NCBI RefSeq assembly: GCF_036402745.1
Contig: NZ_DASWSJ010000124.1
Span: 220-64,219, forward strand
DNA from: Actinophytocola sp.
Lineage (GTDB): Bacteria > Actinomycetota > Actinomycetes > Mycobacteriales > Pseudonocardiaceae
Reading direction: 5' to 3'
DNA length: 64,000 bases
Shown here: positions 1 to 10,033 of the stretch, in pieces
Layout: each line of letters opens with the position of its first letter
Numbering within the stretch: the stretch's first letter is position 1
Program-made: the position numbers and the translations under genes
The notes under the pieces: model-generated
Databases searched by the model: none
Seen by the model: only the letters and a program-made list of their open reading frames with translations
What the model was told of the DNA's origin: nothing

Positions 1-20
1 GCTTGTGAGAGGGTGCGGTC

Positions 21-968
21 GTGGTAGACAGCCATGAGGCCAAGCGGATCGAGACCACCAACCACGAGCGCCAGACGCTCGCCGCGAGCCGGGGGTGGGG
101 CTTCTCGCCGGACGCGCCGGAACTGCTCGAGCGGTGGCCGCTGAAGCCGTTCACCGAGATCGGCGACAAGCGGCTGGTGTTCGGTGTCGTGTCGGGCAAC
201 GCGGGCGGGATCGCGTTCACCGCGTTCGACTACCACCGCCGGCCCAAGGTCACCAACTGGCAGAAGCACGGCAAGACCACGATGTCGATCGACACCATCC
301 TGATCGACACGGTGTGGGTGGTGAGCCTGCCGGGCGCGCTGCCGCGGTTCCAGGTCTTCGACAACGCGGAGCCCAACTTCGACGAGACGGGCACGGTGCC
401 CCCGCAGACCGCCGACCCGAAGGTGAACCGCTCCTACCTCCTGGTCGAGACCGACCCGGCGGTGGCGACGCAGATGCTGACGCCCCAGGTGACGGCCGTG
501 ATGAAGCAGTTCAAGCTGCACAACTGGGCGGTGTCCGGGGCGGAGTTGCTGTGCGTGAAGCACCCGATCTTCGGCCGCGTGAAGCCGGAGGAGCTGACCA
601 CGAAGGTGAGTGAGCTCGGACAGCTCATCGCCGCGCTGCCGCCGCACCTGTGGCAGCAGGGCACCCAGCAGTCCGCGCAGCCACAGCCCGCGCAGCCTGC
701 GCCGCCTCAGCCGTATCAGCAGCCCCCGCAATACCAGCAGCCGCAGCCGTACCAACCGCAATATCCGCCGCAGCCGCAATACCCGGGCTATCCGCAACCG
801 CAGCCGCAGTACGGCTATCCCCAGCCGGGCCATCCGCAGCAATACCCGCCCCAGCCCGGCTACCCCCAGCAGCCGTATCCCCAGCAGCCGTATCCGGGCC
901 AGCCATATCCGGCACAGCCCCCACAGCCATACGGCCAGCCCGGCTACCCACCACCCGGCTACCGCTGA
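21..968 (+). CDS. Hypothetical protein with Pro/Gln/Tyr/Gly-rich low-complexity C-terminal tail
   Basis: 315-aa ORF with high-GC codon usage, GAGAGGG upstream of GTG; globular N-terminus then ~100 aa of PQ(Q)PYP-type repeats. Confidence 0.8.
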   Translation: MVDSHEAKRIETTNHERQTLAASRGWGFSPDAPELLERWPLKPFTEIGDKRLVFGVVSGNAGGIAFTAFDYHRRPKVTNWQKHGKTTMSIDTILIDTVWVVSLPGALPRFQVFDNAEPNFDETGTVPPQTADPKVNRSYLLVETDPAVATQMLTPQVTAVMKQFKLHNWAVSGAELLCVKHPIFGRVKPEELTTKVSELGQLIAALPPHLWQQGTQQSAQPQPAQPAPPQPYQQPPQYQQPQPYQPQYPPQPQYPGYPQPQPQYGYPQPGHPQQYPPQPGYPQQPYPQQPYPGQPYPAQPPQPYGQPGYPPPGYR

Positions 969-1027
969 ATTCGCGCGCGGCCGATCTCCCGCATCCCTGC
1001 TGACCTGCCCGAACAGGCGGAGGCAGC

Positions 1028-1057
1028 ACCGGGGGGCGTGGCCGCCGGCCCCCCGGT
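1028..1057. terminator. 10-bp perfect GC hairpin (ACCGGGGGGC-N10-GCCCCCCGGT) between convergent genes
   Basis: Inverted repeat 1028-1037 / 1048-1057 read directly; may also be part of the dispersed element. Confidence 0.5.
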
Positions 1058-1061
1058 ATCA

Positions 1062-1084
1062 ATTCTACGGGCGGCCACCGACAA
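1062..1084 (-). promoter_or_regulatory. RecA-NDp/PafBC-type DNA-damage promoter (orphan)
   Basis: Minus strand TTGTCGGTG-GCCGCCCG-TAGAAT matches tTGTCRgtg-N8-TAnnnT. Confidence 0.7.
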
Positions 1085-1236
1085 AACCCCGCGCCGCCAA
1101 GGAAACCATCCACAGCCGCGAGACAAGAGGCGGCCCGCAGGGCGAGACCAGCCGCCCGCTCGCCACCAAGTTCAGCCGAAGCAGGCCGCCGTCCCCAATC
1201 CGGCTGCGGCGTGCTCGTCAGTTGCCGTGCAGGGCG

Positions 1237-2145
1237 TCAGTTGCCGCGGAGAGCGTCGCCGTGTTCGGCGAAGGCGGCGGTCAGTGCCTCGCGCCACGGG
1301 CGCAGCGGCTTCAGGCCCGCCTCCCGCCACTCCTCATCGGACAGCACCGAGTACGCCGGGCGCGGCGCCCGCCGGGGGAACTCGTCGGACTTGCACGGCC
1401 GCACCCGCTTCGGGTCCAGGCCCAGCTCGCTGAACACGGCCCCGGCGAGCTCGAACCACGTGGTGGTCCCGGCGCCGGTCGCGTGGAGGATCCGCTCGGC
1501 CGGCGGGTCGGACCCGACAGCCCGGGCGGCCAGCTCGAGCAGACCGACGGCCAGATCCCCCGTCCACGTCGGCGAACCGCGCTGGTCGTCCACGACGGAC
1601 AGCGTCTCGCGCTCGCCGGCGAGCCGGGCCATCGTCTTGACGAAGTTGTTGCCGTACGCGCCGTACACCCACGCCGTGCGCACCACCCACGCCCGCGCGC
1701 CGGAGCCGAGCACGGCCTCCTCGCCGGCCGCCTTCGTCGCCCCGTAGACCGACCGCGGCGCGATGGGATCGCCGGTCCGGTAGGGACGGTCGGCGTCGCC
1801 GGCGAAGACGTAGTCCGTGGACACGTGCACCAGCGGCACGTCGTAGGCCGAGCACGCCGCGGCGAGCAGCCGGGGTCCGTCCGCGTTGAGCGCGAACGCC
1901 TTGGTGCGGTCGGACTCCGCGGCGTCGACCGCGGTGTAGGCGGCCGCGTTGATCACGACCGGGGGCACCGACGCCGCGGCGGCAGCGGCCGCGAGCGTCT
2001 TGACCGCCTCGATCACCGCGCCCGCGTTGGTGACGTCCAGCTCGGCCGAGCCCGGCGCCCGCACCTCGGCACCCGCCGGCGCGCGCGCCACCAGCTCGCG
2101 GCCGAGCTGCCCGGTCCCGCCGGGCACCAGGAGCGCGAGCGACAT
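1237..2145 (-). CDS. rfbD: dTDP-4-dehydrorhamnose reductase
   Basis: GGTGQLG, NAAAYTAVD, HVSTDYVF, YGATK, DQRGSPT, RPAYSVL motifs. Confidence 0.96.
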   Translation of the reverse strand: MSLALLVPGGTGQLGRELVARAPAGAEVRAPGSAELDVTNAGAVIEAVKTLAAAAAAASVPPVVINAAAYTAVDAAESDRTKAFALNADGPRLLAAACSAYDVPLVHVSTDYVFAGDADRPYRTGDPIAPRSVYGATKAAGEEAVLGSGARAWVVRTAWVYGAYGNNFVKTMARLAGERETLSVVDDQRGSPTWTGDLAVGLLELAARAVGSDPPAERILHATGAGTTTWFELAGAVFSELGLDPKRVRPCKSDEFPRRAPRPAYSVLSDEEWREAGLKPLRPWREALTAAFAEHGDALRGN

Positions 2146-2146
2146 G

Positions 2147-3139
2147 TCAGTTCCCGGGGAGCTTCGCGCGGTCCTTCAGCGCCTCCCACCAGGCCCGGTT
2201 CTCCCGGTACCAGGCGATGGTGCTGGACAGACCCTCCTCGAAGGACATCAGCGGCCGGTAGCCCAGCTCGGCGGAGATCTTGGTGATGTCCACCGAGTAG
2301 CGCCGGTCGTGCGCCTTGCGGTCGGGCACCCGCTCGACCATGGACCAGTCCACCCCGAACGCCTCGAGCAGCTGCTCGGTGAGCTCGAGGTTGGTGAGCT
2401 CGGTGCCACCACCGATGTTGTAGATCTCGCCCGCCCGGCCGGCGTCGGCGACGAGCTGGATGCCCCAGCAGTGGTCGTCGACGTGCAGCCAGTCACGCAC
2501 GTTCTGGCCGTCGCCGTAGAGCGGGACCTTCTTGCCGTCCAGCAGGTTGGTGACGAACAGCGGGATGACCTTCTCGGGGAACTGGTGCGGTCCGTAGTTG
2601 TTCGAGCACCGGGTGATGCACACGGGCAGCCCGTGGGTGCGGAAGAACGAGCGGGCGAGCAGGTCCGAGGACGCCTTCGACGCCGAGTACGGCGAGTTCG
2701 GCTCCAGCGGGTGGGTCTCGGGCCACGAGCCCTCGTCGATCGAGCCGTAGACCTCGTCGGTGGAGACGTGCACGAACTTGCCGACCTCGGCGTCCACCGC
2801 GGCCTGCAGCAGCGTCTGGGTGCCGACCACGTTGGTCATCACGAAGTCCGCGGCACCGAGGATGGAGCGATCCACATGCGACTCGGCGGCGAAGTGGACG
2901 ACCAGGTCGGTGCCCGGCATCAGCTCGCGGACCAGCTCACGGTCGCAGATGTCGCCGCGCACGAAGCGCAACCGCGGGTGGTCCTTCACGGACTCGAGGT
3001 TGGCCTCACTACCCGCGTAGGTGAGCTTGTCGAGCACGACCACCTCGGCGTCGGCCAGCGTGGCATAGGCGCCACCCAGTACCTTCCGGACGTAGTGCGA
3101 TCCGATGAAACCGGCGCCACCGGTGACCAACACCCGCAT
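2147..3139 (-). CDS. rfbB: dTDP-glucose 4,6-dehydratase
   Basis: MRVLVTGGAGFIGS, LDKLTYAG, HFAAESHVDRS, STDEVYG, YSASK, SNNYGP; start set at ATG 3139. Confidence 0.97.
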   Translation of the reverse strand: MRVLVTGGAGFIGSHYVRKVLGGAYATLADAEVVVLDKLTYAGSEANLESVKDHPRLRFVRGDICDRELVRELMPGTDLVVHFAAESHVDRSILGAADFVMTNVVGTQTLLQAAVDAEVGKFVHVSTDEVYGSIDEGSWPETHPLEPNSPYSASKASSDLLARSFFRTHGLPVCITRCSNNYGPHQFPEKVIPLFVTNLLDGKKVPLYGDGQNVRDWLHVDDHCWGIQLVADAGRAGEIYNIGGGTELTNLELTEQLLEAFGVDWSMVERVPDRKAHDRRYSVDITKISAELGYRPLMSFEEGLSSTIAWYRENRAWWEALKDRAKLPGN

Positions 3140-3282
3140 AGAAGCTCCACCAATTCCTTCACTCGGAGATAAACCCGCAAGGGGCACTATTGCGTCCTAA
3201 TCGATAGCGAGACCGCGGCCACCGGGGTCACGTCTCGGTATCCTACTGGTCAAGTTCCGTCGGGGGACGGGGAGGAGCGTGC

Positions 3283-4884
3283 GTGGAAGAACGTACGCAG
3301 GTGCTGGCTGCTCACCCGCGGGCGCCCAGCGGCTGGCGAAGGACCGGCCGTTACACCGGTCGCTCGGTGGCCGCGCTCGCGTCGGTGGCGGTGCTCGGCA
3401 CCATGGGTTACGGCTGGTGGGCGGTCGGTGACGTCAACGCGGGGACCGTCACCACCGAGGTGATCCCCAAGGAGGTCCAGGACCAGCGCGTCCCGCTCGA
3501 CGGCGCGGTGGACATGCTGCTGGTCGGCATCGACAGCCGCATCGACGCCTACGGCAACCCGCTGCCCCGCCAGGTGCTCGACATGCTCCACGCCGGCATC
3601 AGCGACGGCGAGCGCAACACCGACACCATGATCCTGGTGCACATCCCCGTCGACGGCACCCGCGCGGTCGCCATCTCCTTCCCGCGCGACTCCTGGGTCC
3701 AGCTCGCCGGCGACTTCGGCCACCACCGGCTCAACTCCGCGTTCGCCTACGCCTACAACGACGCCCGGGAGCGGCTGGCCAACACGGCACCCAACGAGAA
3801 GGAACTCGGCGCGCAGGCCACCGTCGAGGGCCGCAAGAACCTGATCAACACCGTGCAGGCGCTCATCGGCGAGGCGGTCACGATCGACCGCTACGCGGAG
3901 GTCAACCTGGCGAGCTTCTACGAGGTCACCAAGGCCATCGGCGGCGTGGAGGTGTGCCTGAACCAGGCCGCCCACGACCCGAAGTCGGGCGCCAACTTCA
4001 CGAAGGGCCCGCAGACCATCGCCGGCGCGCAGGCGCTCGCGTTCGTCCGCCAGCGCTACGGCCTCAAGAACGGCGACCTCGACCGGATCGTGCGCCAGCA
4101 GGCGTTCCTCGGGGCGCTCGCCGACAAGGTGCTCTCGGCCGACATGCTCACCAGCCCGGGCAAGGTTCGCGAGCTGATCACGGCGGTGCAGAAGTCGGTC
4201 GTGCTGTCCACCGGCTGGCAGCTGTCGACGTTCGCCGCGCAGATGTCCGGCCTGTCCGCGGGCGGCATCGACTTCTACACCATCCCCACGCTGGGCGACG
4301 CCAAGATCGGCGGCGCCGACGTGCTCCGGGTCGACCCGGACCAGGTGGCGGCGTTCGTGAAGTCGCTCACCACCGACGCGTCCACGACGAGCTCGTCGGC
4401 CCCGCCATCGAGCGCGTCCGACCCGGTGCCCGGCACCACGTCGACGGCGAGCAGCACGCCGGACGAGGGCAACCGGCCGTCGCTGGGCCTGGTCACCGTC
4501 GACGTGCGCAACGGCTCGAACACCTCGGGCCTGGCCGCCACCGTGCGGGACAGCCTCGTCGAGAAGGGCTTCAACCCAGGGCAGCTCGGCGACTCCGCCG
4601 TGCGCAGCCGGTCGGTGATCCGGTTCGCGCCGGGCGAGCAGAACCTCGCGCAGTACGTGGCCGACGAGCTGGGCGTGCCGTTCCAGCTGCAGGAGGACGT
4701 CAACCAGCAGACCAACCGGCTCTCGATCGTGCTGGGCCTGGACTACCAGCCGCCGGCCGCGGGCCTCTCCGGCCACGGCCTGGTGACGACGGGCCAGCCG
4801 TCGAGCTCGCCCAGCCAGCCCCCCTCGTCGGGCACCAAGCCGCCGCCCCAGCTGAACGCTTCCGGCCTGAACTGTGTGAACTGA
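3283..4884 (+). CDS. LCP (LytR-CpsA-Psr) glycopolymer transferase with LytR_C C-terminal domain
   Basis: TM helix, LLVGIDSR, NTDTMIL, SFPRDS, FVRQR, DLDRIVRQQ; C-terminal VDVRNGS..GLA; ends C-V-N. Confidence 0.92.
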   Translation: MEERTQVLAAHPRAPSGWRRTGRYTGRSVAALASVAVLGTMGYGWWAVGDVNAGTVTTEVIPKEVQDQRVPLDGAVDMLLVGIDSRIDAYGNPLPRQVLDMLHAGISDGERNTDTMILVHIPVDGTRAVAISFPRDSWVQLAGDFGHHRLNSAFAYAYNDARERLANTAPNEKELGAQATVEGRKNLINTVQALIGEAVTIDRYAEVNLASFYEVTKAIGGVEVCLNQAAHDPKSGANFTKGPQTIAGAQALAFVRQRYGLKNGDLDRIVRQQAFLGALADKVLSADMLTSPGKVRELITAVQKSVVLSTGWQLSTFAAQMSGLSAGGIDFYTIPTLGDAKIGGADVLRVDPDQVAAFVKSLTTDASTTSSSAPPSSASDPVPGTTSTASSTPDEGNRPSLGLVTVDVRNGSNTSGLAATVRDSLVEKGFNPGQLGDSAVRSRSVIRFAPGEQNLAQYVADELGVPFQLQEDVNQQTNRLSIVLGLDYQPPAAGLSGHGLVTTGQPSSSPSQPPSSGTKPPPQLNASGLNCVN

Positions 4885-5000
4885 CTCCTGCGTGACCCAG
4901 GTGACGGAAACATCCTCCATGCGGTGGACGACAGCCCAAGGAGGGCGGATCCGTCGGTGTCATTGGCTAGCCTGAGCCGGGGGTCCATCGCGCGGGGGAG

Positions 5001-6320
5001 GTGAGCTGGGTGCCGGACGAGTCCGGAGTCGACGAGCCGACCACCTATGCCGCCGCCGTCGGGTCGGTGCGCCGCTGGCCCGACGACGACCTCGAGGATC
5101 CCGCGCACGACGACGAGCCGGAGCCCGCGCCCGTCCGGCCGCGGCGCCGGGTGTCGCCGGTGCTGGTGCTGGGCCGGGTGCTCGTGGGGCTGGTGTCCGC
5201 GGTCGCGCTCGCCGCCATGTCGATGGTCTACCTGCGCATCGGCGAGCTGGACAGCAGCAAGAACACCACCGACGCGGTCGCCGACGCGCAGCAGGGCAAG
5301 GACGCGCCCCCGCCGGACGACGGCGCCAACGACATCCTCATCGTGGGCAACGACAGCCGCACGGACATGCAGGGCCATCCGCTGTCGGCCAAGCTGCTCA
5401 AGGAGCTGCGCACCGAGGCCACCCAGACGCTCAACACGGACACGCTGATCCTGCTGCGCATCCCCCGCGACGGCGGCCGGGGCGCGGCCATCTCGATCCC
5501 CCGCGACACGTCGGTGCGGGTCCCGGGCCTGGGGCGGGACGAGAAGATCAACGGCGCGTTCGGCATCACGAAGGCGCGCACCGCCGAGAAGCTGGTCAAC
5601 GAGGGCGAGAAGGACCGGGCCAAGATCGAGCGGCTGTCCGACGACGCCGGGCGCACCGCGCTGATCCAGACCGTGCAGGTGCTCACCGGCGTGCGCGTCG
5701 ACCACTACACCGAGGTGAGCCTGTACGGGTTCTACCTGCTCACCGAGGTCATCGACGGCGTGGACGTGTGCCTCAAGCGGTCCACGAGCGACCCGGACTC
5801 GGGGGCGTCGTTCGCGGCCGGGCCGCAGACCGTGCGCGGGGGTGACGCGGTGTCGTTCGTGCGGCAGCGCAAGAACCTGCCGCGCGGGGACCTCGACCGG
5901 ATCGTGCGGCAGCAGACGTTCCTGTCGGCGGCGATGAACAAGGTCCTCTCCGGCGACCTGCTCACCAACAACGCCAAGCTCAACGCGCTGGAGGACGCGG
6001 TGTCCAAGACCGTGGTGATGGACGCCGGGCTGCACTTCCTCGAGCTGGTCAACCAGGCGCAGGTGCTGGCCACCGGGCAGGTTCGGTTCGTCACGATCCC
6101 GGTCACCGGGGTGGGGGCGCGCAACGACCGGGGGCAGAGCATCATCACGGTCGACATCCCGGCGGTGCACGACTACGTGGCGGGGCTGGTCACCAGCACG
6201 CCGCCACCGGCCGCACCGCCGGCCACCTCGCCGCCGGCCAAGTTCGGCGGGTCGCGGCCGCTGGACCTGACCGCGCCCGCCGCGGCCTCGGCTCGCGTCG
6301 CCGTGCCGTGCGTGTACTGA
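5001..6320 (+). CDS. LCP family protein (second paralogue)
   Basis: ILIVGNDSR, NTDTLIL, SIPRDT, FVRQR, DLDRIVRQQ. Confidence 0.92.
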   Translation: MSWVPDESGVDEPTTYAAAVGSVRRWPDDDLEDPAHDDEPEPAPVRPRRRVSPVLVLGRVLVGLVSAVALAAMSMVYLRIGELDSSKNTTDAVADAQQGKDAPPPDDGANDILIVGNDSRTDMQGHPLSAKLLKELRTEATQTLNTDTLILLRIPRDGGRGAAISIPRDTSVRVPGLGRDEKINGAFGITKARTAEKLVNEGEKDRAKIERLSDDAGRTALIQTVQVLTGVRVDHYTEVSLYGFYLLTEVIDGVDVCLKRSTSDPDSGASFAAGPQTVRGGDAVSFVRQRKNLPRGDLDRIVRQQTFLSAAMNKVLSGDLLTNNAKLNALEDAVSKTVVMDAGLHFLELVNQAQVLATGQVRFVTIPVTGVGARNDRGQSIITVDIPAVHDYVAGLVTSTPPPAAPPATSPPAKFGGSRPLDLTAPAAASARVAVPCVY

Positions 6321-6336
6321 TCGTTTGGGAGTTCGC

Positions 6337-7041
6337 TTGAGCCTCACCGAGACGCTGCTGCGGCCCTACGCCGGGTCGCCCGCCCGGCCGCTGGTCACCC
6401 ACTACGACGACGCCGCGGGCACGCGGGTCGAGCTGTCGGTGGCGACGCTGCGGAACTGGGCGGCGAAAACGGCCAACTGGCTGGTCGAGGAGCACGACGT
6501 CGAGCCGGGTGACCGGGTGGCCACGCTGCTGCCGGCGCACTGGCAGACGGCCGGGGTGCTGCTGGGTGCGTGGTGGTGCGGTGCCGAGGTGGTGGCCGAC
6601 CCGCTCGATGTATCGGTGGCCTTCGTCCCCCCGGGCGGCTCGGCGGCCGGCGCGCGGGCCGTGGCCGCGGTGTCCCTGGACCCGATGGGCCGCGACCTGC
6701 GCGGCGACGTGCCCACCGGGGTCGTCGACTACATCGCGGAGGCCCGCCTCCACGGCGACGACTTCCTCGCGCCGGCCCCGGTTCCCGGCGACACCCCGTG
6801 CCTGGCCGGGTCCACAGTGGACTCCATCCTCGCGGCGGCCCGCCGGCGCGCGGAGACCGAGGAGCTGACGGCATCCTCGCGTGTTCTGTCCACACTGGAC
6901 TGGACGGTCCCCGAGGGCGTGCTGGCCGGGCTCGTCTCGGTGCTGGCCGCGGGTGCCTCGCTGGTCCAGGTGACCAACCCGGACCCCGACCTCGTGACCA
7001 AGCACGCCGACACCGAACGCGTGACGGTCACGCTCACCTGA
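6337..7041 (+). CDS. TIGR03089 family protein (truncated AMP-binding-like fold)
   Basis: THYDDAAGTRVELS..TLRNWAAKTANWL, LPAHWQT signature; syntenic with LCP (Rv3268-like); start uncertain (6325/6337). Confidence 0.85.
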   Translation: MSLTETLLRPYAGSPARPLVTHYDDAAGTRVELSVATLRNWAAKTANWLVEEHDVEPGDRVATLLPAHWQTAGVLLGAWWCGAEVVADPLDVSVAFVPPGGSAAGARAVAAVSLDPMGRDLRGDVPTGVVDYIAEARLHGDDFLAPAPVPGDTPCLAGSTVDSILAAARRRAETEELTASSRVLSTLDWTVPEGVLAGLVSVLAAGASLVQVTNPDPDLVTKHADTERVTVTLT

Positions 7042-7074
7042 CGACCCGGCCCTGAGCGCGTCCGCGCGTCCGGG

Positions 7075-8229
7075 TCAGCCCTTGAGCAGGGCGCGGGCCA
7101 TGACCATGCGCTGGATCTGGTTGGTGCCCTCGTAGATCTGGGTGATCTTGGCGTCGCGCATCATGCGTTCCACCGGGAAGTCCTTCGTGTAGCCGGCGCC
7201 GCCGAAGAGCTGGACCGCGTCGGTGGTGACCTCCATGGCGATGTCGGAGGCGTAGGTCTTCGCGGCGGAGGCGATGAAGCCCGCGCGCTTGTCGCCGCGC
7301 TCGGAGGCGGCGGCGGAGGTGTAGACGAGGTGCCGGGCCGCCTCGATCTTCATGCCCATGTCGGCGATCATGAACTGCACGCCCTGGAAGTCGGCGATGC
7401 GCTGGCCGAACTGGCGGCGGTCCTTGACGTAGGCGAGCGACGCGTCGAGGGCGCCCTGGGCGATGCCCACCGCCTGGGCACCGATCGTGGGGCGGGTGTG
7501 GTCGAGGGTGCGCAGCGCGGTCTTGAGGCCGGTCCCCGGCTCGCCGATGATGCGGTCGGCGGGGATGACGCAGTTCTCGAAGTAGATCTCGCAGGTCGGC
7601 GAGCCCTTGATGCCGAGCTTGCGCTCCTTCGGGCCCACGGTGAAGCCGGGGTCGTCCTTGTGGACCACGAACGCGGAGATGCCGGCGGCCTTCTTCTCGG
7701 CGTTCGGGTCGGTCACGACCATCACCGTGTACCAGGTGGACTCGCCCGCGTTGGTGATCCACGCCTTGGTGCCGTTGAGCACCCAGGTGTCGCCGTCGCG
7801 CGCGGCCCGGGCGCGCATCGACGCGGTGTCCGAGCCGGCCTCGCGCTCGGACAGCGCGTAGGACGCCGACGCCTCGCCCGACGCGATCGACGGCAGGACC
7901 AGCTTCTTCACCTCTTCGGAGCCCGACAGGATGATCGGCTGGGTGCCGAGCTTATTGACCGCCGGGATGAGCGAGGCCGACGCATCGACCCGGGCGACCT
8001 CCTCGATGACGATGCACGCGGCGATGGCGTCCGCGCCCTGGCCGTCGTACTCCTCGGGCACGTGCACCGCGTTGAAACCAGCGCGTGCCAGCGCGTCGCG
8101 CGCCTCCGCCGGGTACCGCTCGTGCTCGTCGACCTCGGCGGCGTGGGGCGCGATCTCCTTCTCCGCGAGCGCCCGCACCGCCTCGCGCAGCGCCTCGTGC
8201 TCCTCGCTCAGCTGGTACTGGCCCTCCAC
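7075..8229 (-). CDS. Acyl-CoA dehydrogenase (FadE25-like)
   Basis: ALSEREAGSD, LNGTKAWITN, KLGIKGSPT, RRQFG, QLFGGAGY, MRDAKITQIYEGTNQIQ; GGAGG RBS before GTG 8229. Confidence 0.95.
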   Translation of the reverse strand: MEGQYQLSEEHEALREAVRALAEKEIAPHAAEVDEHERYPAEARDALARAGFNAVHVPEEYDGQGADAIAACIVIEEVARVDASASLIPAVNKLGTQPIILSGSEEVKKLVLPSIASGEASASYALSEREAGSDTASMRARAARDGDTWVLNGTKAWITNAGESTWYTVMVVTDPNAEKKAAGISAFVVHKDDPGFTVGPKERKLGIKGSPTCEIYFENCVIPADRIIGEPGTGLKTALRTLDHTRPTIGAQAVGIAQGALDASLAYVKDRRQFGQRIADFQGVQFMIADMGMKIEAARHLVYTSAAASERGDKRAGFIASAAKTYASDIAMEVTTDAVQLFGGAGYTKDFPVERMMRDAKITQIYEGTNQIQRMVMARALLKG

Positions 8230-8270
8230 CGTCGCCACCTCCTGGTGCGCATACCCGTAACACACAGATG

Positions 8271-8807
8271 TTAGCGCTCGTTCACGTCGCCGTCCGCCTC
8301 GTCGTCCGATGTCACACCGAGACTTGACCGCAATGCGGCGTCCTTGTCGAGCACGAGCCGCTCGAGGTCGGCGCGGAACTCGACCAGCCGGCTGCGCAGC
8401 TTCTCGTCGGACGCGGCCAGCACGCGCACCGCGAGCAGCCCCGCGTTGCGCGCGCCGCCGACCGACACGGTGGCGACCGGGACGCCGGCCGGCATCTGGA
8501 CGATCGACAGCAGCGAGTCGAGCCCGTCGAGGTACTTCAGCGGCACCGGCACGCCGATGACCGGCAACGTGGTGGCCGAGGCGACCATGCCCGGCAGGTG
8601 CGCCGCCCCGCCCGCGCCCGCGATGATCACCCGTAAGCCGCGGTCGGCCGCGTCGCGCGCGTAGTCGAGCATCCGCTGCGGGGTGCGGTGCGCGGACACC
8701 ACGCTGACCTCGTAGGGCACCTCGAACTCGTCGAGCGCCTCGGCGGCGGCCTTCATCACCGGCCAGTCCGAGTCGCTGCCCATGATGACGCCGACCAGCG
8801 GTGTCAT
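8271..8807 (-). CDS. purE: N5-CAIR mutase
   Basis: C-terminal part of ORF 8271..11291: [33 protein letters not shown]. Confidence 0.97.
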   Translation of the reverse strand: MTPLVGVIMGSDSDWPVMKAAAEALDEFEVPYEVSVVSAHRTPQRMLDYARDAADRGLRVIIAGAGGAAHLPGMVASATTLPVIGVPVPLKYLDGLDSLLSIVQMPAGVPVATVSVGGARNAGLLAVRVLAASDEKLRSRLVEFRADLERLVLDKDAALRSSLGVTSDDEADGDVNER

Positions 8808-10027
8808 GTCCGCTCCCCTGTGTTGATGCCTGTGCTCGTGCCTGTGTGGATGTCGTATCCGTCGAGCCACTCGGCGTGCGAGAGCCAGTGCGCGGCGAGC
8901 TTGGCCCGCGCCCGCACGTCGGCCATCCGCAGGCCGAGCAGGGTGACGTGGCCGATCTTGCGGCCGGGCCGTTCCTGCTTGCCGTAGTAGTGCACGTGCG
9001 CGTCCCGGTACCGGGCGAGCAGGTGGTGCAGCCGCTCGTCCGTGCTCATCGCCGGTGGCTGCGGCGCGCCGAGCACGTTGGCCATGACCACCGCGGGCGC
9101 GCGCGGCTCGGTGGCGCCGAGCGGGTAGTCGAGGACCGCGCGCAGGTGCTGCTCGAACTGCGAGGTCTCGGCGCCCTCGATGGTCCAGTGGCCGGAGTTG
9201 TGCGGGCGCATCGCGAGCTCGTTGACGACGAACCCGGCGGCGGTCTCGAACAGCTCGACCGCGAGCACCCCGACGACCCCGAGCTCGGCGGCGATCCGGA
9301 GCGCGAGCGCCTGCGCGTCCTCGGCCCGCCCGGCGTCCAGACCCGGCGCGGGGGCGAGCACCTCGACGCAGATCCCGTTGGACTGCACGGTCTCGACCAC
9401 CGGCCAGCAGCCACCCTGGCCGAACGGCGAGCGGGCGACGACTGCGGCGAGCTCGCGGCGCATCGCGACCCGCTCCTCGACCAGCAGCGGCGTGCCCCAC
9501 TCGAGCAGCCGCGGGACCAGCTCGCGGGCCGACTCGGGGCCGTTGAGCATCCAGACGCCGCGGCCGTCGTAGCCGCCGCGGGCCGCCTTGAGCACGCACG
9601 GCCAGCCGTGCTCGTCGCCGAACTTGACCACGTCGTCCACTTCGGACACCGCGGCGAACGGCGGCACCGGCAGCCCGAGCGAGGCGAGCTTGTGCCGCAT
9701 GACCAGCTTGTCCTGCGCGTGCAGCAGCGCCTCGGGCCCGGGCCGGACGACGACGCCGCGCTCGACCAGCGCGCGCAGGTGCTCGGTAGGCACGTGCTCG
9801 TGGTCGAACGTGAGGACGTCGCAGCCGTCGGCGAACGCGGTGAGGGCGTCGAGGTCGGTGTGCGCGCCGAGCGTGACGTTGGGCGTGACGAGGGCGGCCG
9901 ACTCGTCCATCGACGTGGCCAGGACGTGCAGCGACTGGCCGAGCGCGATGGCGGCCTGCTGGGTCATCCGGGCGAGCTGGCCGCCGCCGACCATGCCGAC
10001 GATGGGCAGTCCGGTTCGGGTGTCCAC
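8804..10027 (-). CDS. purK: N5-CAIR synthase
   Basis: [40 protein letters not shown]; overlaps purE start. Confidence 0.97.
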   Translation of the reverse strand: MDTRTGLPIVGMVGGGQLARMTQQAAIALGQSLHVLATSMDESAALVTPNVTLGAHTDLDALTAFADGCDVLTFDHEHVPTEHLRALVERGVVVRPGPEALLHAQDKLVMRHKLASLGLPVPPFAAVSEVDDVVKFGDEHGWPCVLKAARGGYDGRGVWMLNGPESARELVPRLLEWGTPLLVEERVAMRRELAAVVARSPFGQGGCWPVVETVQSNGICVEVLAPAPGLDAGRAEDAQALALRIAAELGVVGVLAVELFETAAGFVVNELAMRPHNSGHWTIEGAETSQFEQHLRAVLDYPLGATEPRAPAVVMANVLGAPQPPAMSTDERLHHLLARYRDAHVHYYGKQERPGRKIGHVTLLGLRMADVRARAKLAAHWLSHAEWLDGYDIHTGTSTGINTGERT

Positions 10028-10033
10028 CTGGCC

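Noticed and set aside
660-968. DNA repeat element in the first gene
   Set aside because: Explained by a low-complexity PQYG coding tail
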